From the NCBI GenBank assembly GCA_965199955.1, contig CBDATQ010000002.1:928001-992000 (forward strand): a DNA stretch of 64,000 nt. The letters run 5' to 3'. Of the stretch, positions 9,480 through 21,062 are shown piece after piece. The notes under the pieces are model-generated. The model ran no database searches. It was given only the letters and a program-made list of their open reading frames with translations, and was not told the DNA's origin. A program made the translations under genes and the position numbers. Positions within the stretch are counted from its first letter, which is position 1; each line of letters begins with the position of its first letter. This DNA comes from Spirochaetia bacterium (GTDB taxonomy: Bacteria; Spirochaetota; Spirochaetia; SZUA-6; Bin103).

Positions 9480-9776
9480 TTACGCCGCTCGCCAGCTTCG
9501 GTAGAGTCGTCCAGGGTGAAGTCCGGGAGCTCGTCGAACCCTGTGAACATCCGCTCCGCTTCCTCCGTGGTGAAGCGGTCCGCCATGCGCGTGCCCCTAC
9601 ATGTCGCGGTGCCACTCGGCCGGGCCGTGGTCCCGCACCGGGTTGCACATCATCATCATCTCGGTGACCGCGGCGCCCGGCAGGTCGAGCAGGGCGCTGG
9701 AGACGCCGTGCGCGCCCTCGGTCAGCCACACCTCCACGGCCCGCGCCGTGCTGCGGTCGATCCGCCGCTCGCTCAT
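9480..9776 (-). pseudogene. Internally deleted PhyH-family relic
   Basis: MSERRIDRS...MMMMCNPVRDHGPAEWHRDM* contains WHRD (HxD) but is far too short; followed by a tail fragment. Confidence 0.45.
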
Positions 9777-9881
9777 GCGGTCAGCTTCCCGTGGCCGGCG
9801 GTGCAGGGTCAACGGTGGCCGGCGGCGCCCGCGCGAGCGGCTCCCGTTGACGCCTGGCGGGTTTCGGGCGTGAGATACCGC

Positions 9882-12254
9882 ATGGACAGCACACCCCCAC
9901 GGCACGGCTGGCACCAGACCGACGCCGACCGCTCGCTGCTGGCCGAGCTGGTCGGCCGGCTGCCGGAGCGCATCGCCGACGGACACGCGCACATCTACCG
10001 CACCGCGCACCTGGATCCGGTCCCGGATTTCATCGCGCCCGGCCCGGCCGACAGCGGCATCGACGAGTGGCGGTCGCACGTCGGCACCCTCGTCGGCGGC
10101 GCAGACCGTCTGCACGGCGCGCTGATCCTGCCGTATCCCAACCGCTCGTCGGACACGGCGGAGGTCAACCGCTTCGTCGTGGAGGCCGCGCGCGGCCACG
10201 ACGGCATCCGCGCCGCCTTGCTGGCCACGCCGGAGTGCGACCCGGCCGGGATCGACGCGCTGGCGGAGCCCGCCATCGGCGGCTTCAAGGTCTACTGGTG
10301 CTACGCCACCGGCCCCGGCGACCCGCGGCAGGCGGCGCCGTCGCAGTTCCTGCCCGAATGGGTGTGGCAGCAGGCGCACGAGCGCGGCTGGTTCATCACG
10401 CTGCACCTGATGCGCGATGCCGCGCTGGCCGATCCGGTCAACCAGCGGGAGGTGCGCGAGCACTGCGAGCGCTATCCCAACGCCCGCCTGGTTCTCGCGC
10501 ACGCGGCGCGCGGGTTCTACGCGCCCAACACTGTCGCCGGCATCGGCTCCCTGAGCGGCCTGGAGAACGTCTGGTTCGACACCTCGGCCATCTGCGAGCC
10601 GGAGGCGCTGGTGGCGGTCCTGCGCGAGTTCGGTCCGCGCCGCCTGCTGTTCGGCACCGATTACCCGATCTCCCATCAGCGCGGCCGCCCGATCAGCCTG
10701 GGGACCAACTTCGCCTGGGTGGTCACCGACCGGGTCGAGCGGTGGGACTTCCCGGACGAGACGCCGGCGCAAGTCGGCATCGAGGGGATCCGCGCCGTGC
10801 TGACCGCCGCCGACCTGATGAACCTCGACGAGCGCGACCTCGCCGACATCTTCCACGACAACACCATGCGTCTGCTGGGCTTCCAGGAGGACGATCCCGA
10901 TCTGGGCCAGCGGCTGTTCACCGGCGCCAAGGAGCTCATCCCCGGCGGCACGCAGCTCCAGTCCAAGAACCCGGACAACATGGCGCCGGGGGCATGGCCG
11001 CCGTACTTCCGCGAGGCGCGCGGCATCGATGTCTGGGACGAGTCCGGCCGGCGGTTCCGCGACGTGGGCCATCACGGCATCGGCGCCGCCGCGCTCGGCT
11101 ACCGCGATCCCGACGTGACGCGCGCGGTCATGCGGCGCGTGGCGCTCGGCAGCTACTCGATGCTCAACTCGCGCGAGGAGATGGAGGTCGCCGAGCTGCT
11201 GTGCGAGCTCCATCCGTGGGCGGAGAAGGTCCGCTACGCGCGGTCGGGTGGCGAGATCTGCTCGATCGGCGCCCGCATCGCGCGCTCCACCACGGGCCGT
11301 TCGCTGCTGGCGATCTGCGGCTACCACGGCTGGCACGATTGGTACCTGGCCGCCAACGTGGGCGGCGACGACGCGCTGGAGGGACACCTGGCCACCGGCC
11401 TGGAGCCGGTCGGCGTGCCGCCCGAGCTGCGCGGCACCAACCTGACCTTCCACTACGGCGACGTCGAGGCCTTCGACCGGCTGATCGCCGAACACGGCGA
11501 CCGCCTGGCGGGCGTGGTCATGGAGCCGTGCCGGATGCATCACCCGCCGCCCGGCTTTCTGGAGCACGTGCGCGCCGAGACCCGGCGCGTCGGCGCCCTG
11601 CTGGTGTTCGACGAGGTTTCGCTGGGCTGGCGCCTGGCGCGCGGCGGCGCCCACCTGCGCTACGGCGTGGAGCCGGACCTGGCGATCTTCGCCAAGTCGC
11701 TCGGCAACGGCCATCCGATGGCCGCCGTCATCGGTTCGGCCGCCGGCATGGAGGGCGCCTACCGGTCGTTCATTTCGAGCACCTACTGGACCGAGGGAGT
11801 AGGCTTCGTGGCAGCCAAGGCGGTGCTCCAGAAGATGATGCGCATCGATCTGCCGGCCCACTGCGGGCACATCGGCCGCCGCTACCTGGCGGCGGTGCTG
11901 GGCGCCGCGGCGCGGCACGGCGTGCCGCTGGTCCGCGAGGGCGACATCGACGAGCACCCGCACGTGCGCTTCGAGCACGAGCAGTCACAGGAGCTGGTGA
12001 CGCTCTACATCCGCCTGATGCTGCAGCGCGGCTTCCTGTCCACCGGCGGCATGTTCGTGTCGCTGCCTCACACCGAGGAGGTGATCGACGAGTACGCGCA
12101 GGCCATGGACCCGGTGTTCGCCGAGATCGCCGACGCCCTGCGCGCAGGCGACGTGACCGATCGAATCGAGGGGCTGGTGGCCCGCCCCGGCTTCGCCCGC
12201 CTCACCGATCCGACCAGGGTCAGACCCCGCGCCGAGGTGGCCACGCAGACCTGA
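9882..12254 (+). CDS. Fusion of an amidohydrolase_2 domain and a class III PLP aminotransferase (GSA-aminomutase-like)
   Basis: N-half: DGHAH, LAHAARG, WFDTSA, LLFGTDYP. C-half: IPGGTQLQSK, GYHGWHDW, FDEVSLGWR, FAKSLGNGHP, SSTYW. Confidence 0.88.
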   Translation: MDSTPPRHGWHQTDADRSLLAELVGRLPERIADGHAHIYRTAHLDPVPDFIAPGPADSGIDEWRSHVGTLVGGADRLHGALILPYPNRSSDTAEVNRFVVEAARGHDGIRAALLATPECDPAGIDALAEPAIGGFKVYWCYATGPGDPRQAAPSQFLPEWVWQQAHERGWFITLHLMRDAALADPVNQREVREHCERYPNARLVLAHAARGFYAPNTVAGIGSLSGLENVWFDTSAICEPEALVAVLREFGPRRLLFGTDYPISHQRGRPISLGTNFAWVVTDRVERWDFPDETPAQVGIEGIRAVLTAADLMNLDERDLADIFHDNTMRLLGFQEDDPDLGQRLFTGAKELIPGGTQLQSKNPDNMAPGAWPPYFREARGIDVWDESGRRFRDVGHHGIGAAALGYRDPDVTRAVMRRVALGSYSMLNSREEMEVAELLCELHPWAEKVRYARSGGEICSIGARIARSTTGRSLLAICGYHGWHDWYLAANVGGDDALEGHLATGLEPVGVPPELRGTNLTFHYGDVEAFDRLIAEHGDRLAGVVMEPCRMHHPPPGFLEHVRAETRRVGALLVFDEVSLGWRLARGGAHLRYGVEPDLAIFAKSLGNGHPMAAVIGSAAGMEGAYRSFISSTYWTEGVGFVAAKAVLQKMMRIDLPAHCGHIGRRYLAAVLGAAARHGVPLVREGDIDEHPHVRFEHEQSQELVTLYIRLMLQRGFLSTGGMFVSLPHTEEVIDEYAQAMDPVFAEIADALRAGDVTDRIEGLVARPGFARLTDPTRVRPRAEVATQT

Positions 12255-12279
12255 TTGGCGGGTTCGTTCTTCTTACGCG

Positions 12280-12365
12280 ATCAAGTCGTGTCTTCGATGA
12301 GTTGTACAGCACGGACCACGATGGTCGCCAGGCGATCCAACCGCTCGAACTTCCATCGACATAAT
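12280..12365 (+). mobile_element. Possible tiny IS5-family transposase relic
   Basis: SRVFDELYSTDHDGRQAIQP resembles the IS5-type LYS-x-x-GRPSIPP segment; A/T-richer spacer between convergent genes. Confidence 0.3.
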
Positions 12366-12412
12366 TGAGAGTCGCTTCTCAACCACGCCATTTGGCGGAG
12401 TTGGAGAACGAA

Positions 12413-13441
12413 TCAGGCCGGCTTGACCCAGGCTCCGTCCCGGTCCTTGCTCTGCAAGCCGGCCAGCAGGATGCCGATCACGTTGCGAGTCACTTCGAAC
12501 GGCAGTCTGGCCTTGCCCTCGGTGACCGAGCGGATGAACTGCTGGAGCATGCCGCGATGGGCGGCGAACAGCCCGTCCAGCTCCCCGGAACGGGAGCCAC
12601 CTTCGCCGTACAGGTGCAGTTGCATCGTCGGCGCGGTGTTGCGGAGCTGATGGATGGTCGCGATGGCGCCGCCGTCGAACTCGATCTCCGCGACCTCGCC
12701 GTGCCCGAACGAGTCGAGGCGGACGCGCAGCGCGCGCGGGTCGTCGAGCACCGTGCAGATCGCCTCCAGGACGTGCACGCCGTAGCTCACCCAGTCCTTG
12801 ACGCCGACGGCCGCCACCAGGCGCACCGGGCCGAGCGTTGCCGCCGCCTCCTTGAGCACGCGCACCTCGGGGGCGTAGCGCATCGACGAACAGGACATGA
12901 TCAGGCGGCCGGCGCGCGCCTGATCGGCGAAGAAGGCCAGGTCGGACTCGGTGGCAGCCAGCGGCTTGTCGACCAGCACCGGCATGCCCGCATCCAGGAA
13001 CGGCTGCGCCAGAGCGGCGTGACTCTCCGGATCGTCACGCGCGATCAGAACGGCGTCCACCGCTTCCACCATGGCCCGCGGCTCGTGCGCGATGTGCGGT
13101 ACGCGGCTGGCGGCGACGATCCGTTCGGAGATCACCCGGTCCTGCGTCCAGACATGGGTCACCTGGACCCCGTCGATGCCGAGCGAGTCGCGGTTGGCAC
13201 CCAGGTAGGTCGCGATCCGCTTGTTGGCGTAGAGCGGCATCACGTCCGCGTTGTAGCTGCCGTTGACGATCGCCGACCACGAGAATGGGTGGGCGTTCTC
13301 CGGGCGCATGTAGCCGATGACGCCCAGCCGGATCGTCGAGCGGGGCGGCGCCACCGGCGGTGCTCCCGGTGAGCCGGTCGTGTGCCGGCGCGCGCCCTCG
13401 CGGACCTCGGGATCGAGCTCTGGCCGAGCGCGGTCGCTCAT
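12413..13441 (-). CDS. Gfo/Idh/MocA-family oxidoreductase
   Basis: ENAHPFSWSAIVNG, VDAVLIARDD, VLVDKPLA and MSCSSMRY; ATGA overlap with the upstream gene. Confidence 0.8.
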   Translation of the reverse strand: MSDRARPELDPEVREGARRHTTGSPGAPPVAPPRSTIRLGVIGYMRPENAHPFSWSAIVNGSYNADVMPLYANKRIATYLGANRDSLGIDGVQVTHVWTQDRVISERIVAASRVPHIAHEPRAMVEAVDAVLIARDDPESHAALAQPFLDAGMPVLVDKPLAATESDLAFFADQARAGRLIMSCSSMRYAPEVRVLKEAAATLGPVRLVAAVGVKDWVSYGVHVLEAICTVLDDPRALRVRLDSFGHGEVAEIEFDGGAIATIHQLRNTAPTMQLHLYGEGGSRSGELDGLFAAHRGMLQQFIRSVTEGKARLPFEVTRNVIGILLAGLQSKDRDGAWVKPA

Positions 13442-14607
13442 GCCCGGTTGCCTGACCCCCAGGCGGAGGTGATCGGCTGGCCCTCGGCGAATCGGGTCGG
13501 CCGCAGCGCGCGGAGGTCGATGCGCGGCGTCCCGCCGGTGATCTCGGCCGCCAGCGACTCGCCGATCGGGGCGCCCAGCTTGAAGCCGTGCCCACTTCCG
13601 CCGAAGCAGGCATAGTAGCCGGCAAGCTCCGGCTCCGCGCCCACCACGGGGTGCCAGTCGTCGGTGATCGTGTAGATCGACGCCCATCCCTTCACCAGCC
13701 GCGCGCCGCGGAGCTGCGGCAGCCTGAGAAACAGACCGGTCTCGATCCGTGCGCGCGTGATGTCATCCAGGCCGGTGTCGTAGTCGTCGATGTCAAGAGG
13801 CTCCAGCTCCTTGGGGTAGTCGAGTCCCACCAGCAGCCCGTCGTCGCCGTGCGGCCGGAAATAGATGTGGCAGATCGGGTCGGCGACGATGGGCAGCTCC
13901 CCGAAGCCGGCCGGAAGCTCCATCACCAGGTCGGACTCGCGGCTCCAGCGGATGGAGTATCCCAGGCCCGAGGTGGCTCCGACCAGGCTGCCCCACGGCC
14001 CCGCGGCGTTGACCACGAGCGGCGTGTCGATGCGGCCCTGATCGGTTTCCACTGCGGTGACGCGTCCGCCGGCCGTCACGATGCCGCGTGCGCCGACCCC
14101 CTCGTGCGCGCTCAGCCCGGCCGGCTCCGCCGCCTCGACCAGGGTGCGCGTGGTCCGGACCGGGTCGGCGTAGCCGGCCCTGGGTTGATGGCAGGCGATT
14201 GCGATTCCGTGCGTGGAGAGCTGCGGCGCGATCTCCGACACGTCGTCGACCGATATCTCGCGCGTGCCGGTGCCGAACCGGTCCTCGTTGGCCAGCACCT
14301 GCCGGCCGATCTCCACGTGCTCGGGTCCGTACAGGATGAGCTGGCCGGTGCGCCGGAACCCGGTGGGCCCGCCCAGTTCCTCCCGGTCGTTCTCGAACAT
14401 GTCCATGGCCCGCAGCGCCAGCTCCACGGTCACCTTGTTGGAGTAGGAGCAGCGCACGTTGGCCGCCGAGTGGCCGGTGGAGACCGCAGCGAGGGTGCGC
14501 CGCTCCAGCAGCACCACCGAGCCGATGCCGGCCTTGGCCAGGAAGTGGCCGCAGGCAGCACCCATGATGCCGCCGCCGATAATCACGGCGTCCGCCGTTC
14601 GTTGCAT
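13438..14607 (-). CDS. FAD-dependent oxidoreductase (DAO/sarcosine oxidase beta family)
   Basis: IIGGGIMG, STGHSAA, VVNAAGPWG, TDDWHPVVG and SGHGFKLG. Confidence 0.9.
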   Translation of the reverse strand: MQRTADAVIIGGGIMGAACGHFLAKAGIGSVVLLERRTLAAVSTGHSAANVRCSYSNKVTVELALRAMDMFENDREELGGPTGFRRTGQLILYGPEHVEIGRQVLANEDRFGTGTREISVDDVSEIAPQLSTHGIAIACHQPRAGYADPVRTTRTLVEAAEPAGLSAHEGVGARGIVTAGGRVTAVETDQGRIDTPLVVNAAGPWGSLVGATSGLGYSIRWSRESDLVMELPAGFGELPIVADPICHIYFRPHGDDGLLVGLDYPKELEPLDIDDYDTGLDDITRARIETGLFLRLPQLRGARLVKGWASIYTITDDWHPVVGAEPELAGYYACFGGSGHGFKLGAPIGESLAAEITGGTPRIDLRALRPTRFAEGQPITSAWGSGNRA

Positions 14608-14629
14608 GTGCTTCACCAAGGCAGGTTAT

Positions 14630-16357
14630 TCACCAGGGCCGGGCGAGGGTAGGGCGCTCCGCGAACCGCTCCAGTGTGAACGAGATGCGCGCGCCGGCGC
14701 CCGGATCGAGGTGCACGTCGACCGCCGACCCGCCGACCGGCAGCGTCGCGCCGCCGGTCTCGGCGTGCCCGAACCGATGCTCGCCGTAGGTTCCTGCCTG
14801 CACCACGATCGAGCATGGCCGTCCGGGGTCCAGGTTGACCAGGGTGAGGTCCACCGAGCCGTCCGTCATCCCCTCCACCAGCGCCGCCGCCTGCGGAGGC
14901 AGCCCGGGCCGGCGGGCGCCGCGGTCGAAGTAGCGGACGCAGGCGTGCAGCGGCATGCCGGAGGCAAGGCCGTCGCCGAGCCCGCCGGCCATCAGCTCGA
15001 CCAGCGCCTGCGCGTTGGCGGGGTTCAGCCCGTTGGGGTTCTCGGACATGCGCGTGTCGGGCGTCGTGAGATCCTCGTCCATCTCCCGGAGCTGCCGGCG
15101 CACGCGCGCCAGCTCGCCCTGCAGCACCCGCACCGGGTAGTCGGGATCCTCGCCTGCCAGATAGCTCAGCCACGGAGTGCCGCCCAGGTCGCCCACGGGA
15201 CGGCTCCAGTAGCGCAGCTCGCTCGCTGCGTGCTGGAACGGCTCGGGCGACCAGGCGTACCAGCCGTCGTCGCCGTGCATCTGCGGGTAGACGGTCCTGC
15301 CGTCCTCGGTGCGGGCGAGGCCGTTGATCCGGTCGACCATGGTCCGCCACGGCTCCAGGTAGCCGCGGTCACCGGTGAGCATCATCGCCATGGCGAAGCC
15401 GTGGATGCTGCGGCCCAGGTGGCGCGGCGTGTGGCGCACCACCGGGCCGCCGGTGAGCGTGTGGCTCCAGCCGTAGGTGCCGCCCCACCAGCGCCCGCCG
15501 GCCGCGGAGCCGACGACGCCGTCCAGACCCACGTTGGAGGGGATGATGCCGTCGTTGGCGGCCATGCGCTCCACCCAGGCGTCCACGTAGCCCAGGATCC
15601 AGTCGCGATAGCGCTCCTCGCCCGAGAACAGGTAGGTCTGAAAGGCCATCGCCGTGGCGCTCAGGTTGCACGGGTTGTCGCCGGCGACATTGCGGTAGGT
15701 GGAGAAGTGCTCGAGGTAGTCCTCGTAGGTTCGGTGCCAGCGGTTGGGCCTGAAGCGGCCGGGCTCGAACGGCTCGCCCGCCCAGTCGGCCAGCTCCGCG
15801 CGGCGCGTCACCGGCCCCCGGCTGCCGTTCATGAGGCTGCGGATGACGCGATGCTCGGGGTCGTAGTTGGGGGCCAACGGATCGTCGCCCAGGTAGAAGC
15901 CGGCGAAGCGCCGCATGCGCGCCTGCCACATGGCGTCTTCGGGGTCGCACAGCCCCTCCTGAAACAGCGGGTGGTAGCCCTCGCCGTTGTGCAGCCAGTC
16001 CATGCTGGTCGGGAACTCGCGGAAATACATGCCGTCCCGCGCCAGTTCGGTGGAAGGCGAGCGCGCCTCCGTGTACTGCCGGATGTGCCCGTTGATGCCG
16101 GTGCGGTAGCGGTCCAGCAGTACCTGCGGCGCGCCCAGCGCGTAGAGATCGGTCAGGCCGTCGACGTTCTCGGCCGCGTCGTCGGCGCCGTCCAGCGCGC
16201 CCCAGCGCGGTACGCACAGCAGGTATCCGCGCGGGTCGAAGTAGCGGTCGCAGAACTCCAGGTAGGCGTCCGTGATCGCGTCGAGCAGTTGCCGTTCGAG
16301 CAGCGCCCAGTGCGGCGCCGGCATCGGTTCGCTGATGCGGAGCGTGGTGCGGGCCAT
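14630..16357 (-). CDS. Conserved hypothetical protein (probably an alpha/alpha-toroid enzyme)
   Basis: Long ORF with host-like codon usage; RWGALDGADDAAEN, DWLHNGEG and GIIPSNVGLDG motifs. Fold is inferred. Confidence 0.7.
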   Translation of the reverse strand: MARTTLRISEPMPAPHWALLERQLLDAITDAYLEFCDRYFDPRGYLLCVPRWGALDGADDAAENVDGLTDLYALGAPQVLLDRYRTGINGHIRQYTEARSPSTELARDGMYFREFPTSMDWLHNGEGYHPLFQEGLCDPEDAMWQARMRRFAGFYLGDDPLAPNYDPEHRVIRSLMNGSRGPVTRRAELADWAGEPFEPGRFRPNRWHRTYEDYLEHFSTYRNVAGDNPCNLSATAMAFQTYLFSGEERYRDWILGYVDAWVERMAANDGIIPSNVGLDGVVGSAAGGRWWGGTYGWSHTLTGGPVVRHTPRHLGRSIHGFAMAMMLTGDRGYLEPWRTMVDRINGLARTEDGRTVYPQMHGDDGWYAWSPEPFQHAASELRYWSRPVGDLGGTPWLSYLAGEDPDYPVRVLQGELARVRRQLREMDEDLTTPDTRMSENPNGLNPANAQALVELMAGGLGDGLASGMPLHACVRYFDRGARRPGLPPQAAALVEGMTDGSVDLTLVNLDPGRPCSIVVQAGTYGEHRFGHAETGGATLPVGGSAVDVHLDPGAGARISFTLERFAERPTLARPW

Positions 16358-16365
16358 CGGTGAGT

Positions 16366-16417
16366 GCTGGTAGTCTGCCGGATTGCCGCGTAAGCGGCCA
16401 GCCGGCAGACTACCAGC
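16366..16417. repeat. Long inverted repeat / REP-like hairpin
   Basis: Perfect 16-bp arms GCTGGTAGTCTGCCGG / CCGGCAGACTACCAGC enclosing an inner GCCGC-GTAA-GCGGC hairpin. Confidence 0.8.
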
Positions 16418-16531
16418 GAGGTGGGGATGGGCCGCCAAACGACGCCGGAGGCGCCGTTTGGCGGGCGCCTTGCGCGCCGGGGGCGGGGTGAATCAAGCGC
16501 CGGTGGAGCCGGGCCGAAGGAAGGCCGCCGG

Positions 16532-18151
<1,620 letters not shown>

Positions 18152-18170
18152 CAGGGAATCAGGAAGATCG

Positions 18171-19169
18171 TCAGGTTTCTCGCTCAGCGCATGAGGAAAT
18201 CCGCATGTAGGTGCCTCTGGTCCCTCTGTCTTCTACATTCACGACGGGCTCGTCCAGTAGTGGTTCTTCATGGAACAGACCTCTCAGCACGTCCTGGACG
18301 CGCGCGTGCCAGTCCTCCACTGTCGTTCTCCTGTCTCCCCTCTCGTCCAAGAGCGGTTCGACGGCGGTCCTGAAGACCTGGACGAATCCGTCAAGATCCT
18401 GGTAGTACGGAGAACCGGCGTAGACGAGGTACTTGTACTCACTGTTCTGAAAAATAAAATAGCGATGTCCTTCGGTGCCCTCCGAGACAAGCTCACCGTT
18501 CGTCATCACGATATCCGGCTCGTCGTTTCGGAATCGATCGACGCTCCAGGCAGCATATCTGAACGCACTTCCAAGATCATCTATCCTGACGCGATACGTG
18601 CAGGTCTCCCATTCCAGGACCGGATAGACATACTCGTGCAGGCTTGGATGCAACTGGCTTCGCTCTACCTCCACGAGCTGCATGCGCTTCTGGCTCGCGA
18701 TCTCGGTCTCATGCCAGATCCTCGCAACGTTGCCATCGGCATCGAACCACACGAGTGGGACTCCTCCCTGCTCGGGTTCGTCCGCATCGCTGCGTACGAT
18801 CGAGAGGGGACGCCATCCTTGCCGGCCGCAGTCGTATTGGTCTGACGTCGCGATCGTCCCGGTGAACTCCTCATCGATCATCTCGTCATAGAGCTGCACG
18901 AACTCCTGCGCTGTCTGAATGCTTGGAAGCGGGTGGTTTCTCGGTAGCGGAAACGAGACGATCTCTGCCAATACGCGCTGGTTCCCCGCCGCGACGGAGC
19001 GGATGAATCTGTTCACTATGTAGGTGTCTTCCAACTCTCCGGCGTCCTTGTATGCGCAGTTCCTTTCGGAACTGTCGCAATAGGCTCTACAGGAAGTTAC
19101 CTCCGCCGCCAGCGGGACGAGCCCGAACGACAGCGCAAGCAGCGCGGCAATCAACAGGGTCATGCGCAT
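18171..19169 (-). CDS. Hypothetical exported protein inserted in the mod operon
   Basis: Signal peptide [22 protein letters not shown]; Cys-rich N-terminus; visibly more A/T-rich than its flanks. Confidence 0.7.
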   Translation of the reverse strand: MRMTLLIAALLALSFGLVPLAAEVTSCRAYCDSSERNCAYKDAGELEDTYIVNRFIRSVAAGNQRVLAEIVSFPLPRNHPLPSIQTAQEFVQLYDEMIDEEFTGTIATSDQYDCGRQGWRPLSIVRSDADEPEQGGVPLVWFDADGNVARIWHETEIASQKRMQLVEVERSQLHPSLHEYVYPVLEWETCTYRVRIDDLGSAFRYAAWSVDRFRNDEPDIVMTNGELVSEGTEGHRYFIFQNSEYKYLVYAGSPYYQDLDGFVQVFRTAVEPLLDERGDRRTTVEDWHARVQDVLRGLFHEEPLLDEPVVNVEDRGTRGTYMRISSCAERET

Positions 19170-19265
19170 CGGTCTTTCCTCGGAGATGGAGAACCCGAGC
19201 CGTGGCAGAAACCCGCCGCCTCGTGGTCTTCATTGCAGATTGTACATCCCACCTGTCGCGTAATG

Positions 19266-20063
19266 TCAAAAGGGGGCCAGAAACCCGTGCGTGTGCAGGA
19301 TCGCCTGGCCCTCCGGGGAGAGCAGGAAGGCGATCCATCGTTCGGCCGGCTCGGCGGCGCCGCCGTTGGGGACGATGCCGATGACGTACTCGGCCCGTTC
19401 GTTGAAGGCGGCGGGGATCGGGATCATGCGCACGCGCGTGGATGCCGCCGCGTCGGTGCGGTAGACGATGCCGGCGTCCGCCTCGCCCAACTCCACCTTG
19501 GCCCGCACCAGCCGCACGTTGTTCTCCAGGGAGACCACGTGCGCCAGCACGGTCGCCTCGAACTCCGCGCCCAGAGCCGCAGCGGAGCGGCGCAGCGCCG
19601 CACGGGTGTAGCGGCCCACCGGGACGCTCGCGGTGCCGATGACCAGCCGTTCGGCGGCGGCCAGGTCGCCGAAGGACTCGATGCCGGCGGGATTGTCCGG
19701 AGGCACGATCACCGCCAGCTCGTTGACCGCGAAGGATCGGACGCCGCGAAGGAGCCCCGCGTCGTGCAGTGCACGGGCATGCTCGCGATCGGCCGACGCG
19801 AACAGATCTGCCGGCGCGCCCTGCTCGATCTGCAGCCGCAGGATCTGGCTCCCGGCGAAGCTGAGCGCCGCGTCGACGTCGGCGTGGGCAGCTTCGAACG
19901 CTCGCTCGATCTCCGTGAAGGCGTCCGTGAGCGAGGAGGCGGCGTACACGTTCAGCCGGAGCCGCTCGGTGTCGCCTCCGGCGGCGGCGGCGGCGGGCAG
20001 CATGACGCCGAACAGGGCGGCGGAGGCGGCGACCAGGGACGATCGAGCGACGGAACCGCGCAC
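19266..20063 (-). CDS. modA: Molybdate ABC transporter substrate-binding protein
   Basis: [32 protein letters not shown] and [12 protein letters not shown]. Confidence 0.92.
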   Translation of the reverse strand: MRGSVARSSLVAASAALFGVMLPAAAAAGGDTERLRLNVYAASSLTDAFTEIERAFEAAHADVDAALSFAGSQILRLQIEQGAPADLFASADREHARALHDAGLLRGVRSFAVNELAVIVPPDNPAGIESFGDLAAAERLVIGTASVPVGRYTRAALRRSAAALGAEFEATVLAHVVSLENNVRLVRAKVELGEADAGIVYRTDAAASTRVRMIPIPAAFNERAEYVIGIVPNGGAAEPAERWIAFLLSPEGQAILHTHGFLAPF

Positions 20064-20137
20064 GCGCCGATCATCGCATGCGGCGGTTCATCATGGCGAG
20101 TTGACAAGACTGGAAGTAGGGAATTAAGCGTCTGTCA

Positions 20138-20326
20138 ATGGACCTGAAGCAGGATCTTTTCGGCGTCGTGGAGGCGTTGAGCCGAGCCCACGTGCCGTAT
20201 GCTCTGTGCGGATGCATGGTTGTAGTCCTGCATGGATATCCACGCCTCACCCGCGATATAGATCTGCTGATAGCCGGACGCCATCAGGATCTCGGCGATG
20301 TCGAACAGCTCGAGAGCGCGCCGTGA
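20138..20326 (+). pseudogene. Nucleotidyltransferase (toxin-like) gene with large in-frame internal deletion
   Basis: The N-terminal YALCG...HGYPRLTRDIDLLI is joined directly to the C-terminal AGRHQDLGDVEQL motif. Confidence 0.65.
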
Positions 20327-20378
20327 ACGGTACCGCGGAGCAGGGCGCGTGAGTCCTGAGTCGTCCGGAGTGAGCGAG

Positions 20379-20610
20379 ATGAAGTGGAAGGGAGTGCTGA
20401 TCGCGGAGTCGTTGCGGAGCGACAGGGGCATCTGGGACCGTGTCGAGGTGACGGGACGGGCGAAGGGCCGGCTGGAGAGCGAGGGAGCGCGGGGCGAGTT
20501 CACGTTCTGCAACGTCGAAGTGTCGGACGAGGCCGTCGACTCCCTGCTGGAGGATGTCGCCGAGCGGCTGGAATCGCCCGGCTGGTACTTCCACGTCGAG
20601 AGGGGCCGGG
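20379..20610 (+). pseudogene. Truncated hypothetical gene
   Basis: MKWKGVLIAESL...LESPGWYFHV reads as real protein, then degenerates. End approximate. Confidence 0.4.
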
Positions 20611-20728
20611 CGGGCTCGGCGTCACTGCTGCCCCTTCGAAGCGATGGCGATCAAGGTGTCCAAGCTGGTGGTGACGCCCGACCTGCCGGCCCTGATATGA
20701 TGGTGCCGGTCGCGTTGAGACCACATCT

Positions 20729-21040
20729 ATGCCGGTATACGTATATCGATGCAAGACCTGCGAGCGGCTGTTCGAGAAGCTGCTGTTCAGCTCGGACAGC
20801 CCGGAGGCCGCCCGGACACCGTGCCCGGACTGCGGCGCCGAAGCGCCGCGCGACTACTCCACCCACACCTTCGCCTCCCCGAACATCGGCACCACGGGCG
20901 AGCTGGCGGAGGACTCCGAGCCGTACAAGGCCATGCACTATCACGAGAAGCGGGGCGAGTGGGAGCAGGCGGCGAAAGCGGCCGAAGGCGTGAGCGACTT
21001 CGCCAAGCAGAAGTTCATCCAGAAGGCCGAGCAGGACTGA
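20729..21040 (+). CDS. FmdB-family zinc-ribbon protein
   Basis: MPVYVYRCKTC...FEKL...CPDCG. Confidence 0.85.
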   Translation: MPVYVYRCKTCERLFEKLLFSSDSPEAARTPCPDCGAEAPRDYSTHTFASPNIGTTGELAEDSEPYKAMHYHEKRGEWEQAAKAAEGVSDFAKQKFIQKAEQD

Positions 21041-21062
21041 TCAGCGGCCGCGTGGCGTCCGT

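Noticed and set aside
20064..20137. Moco riboswitch or ModE box upstream of modA
   Set aside because: The region is short and has no recognisable consensus; only a weak imperfect inverted repeat.
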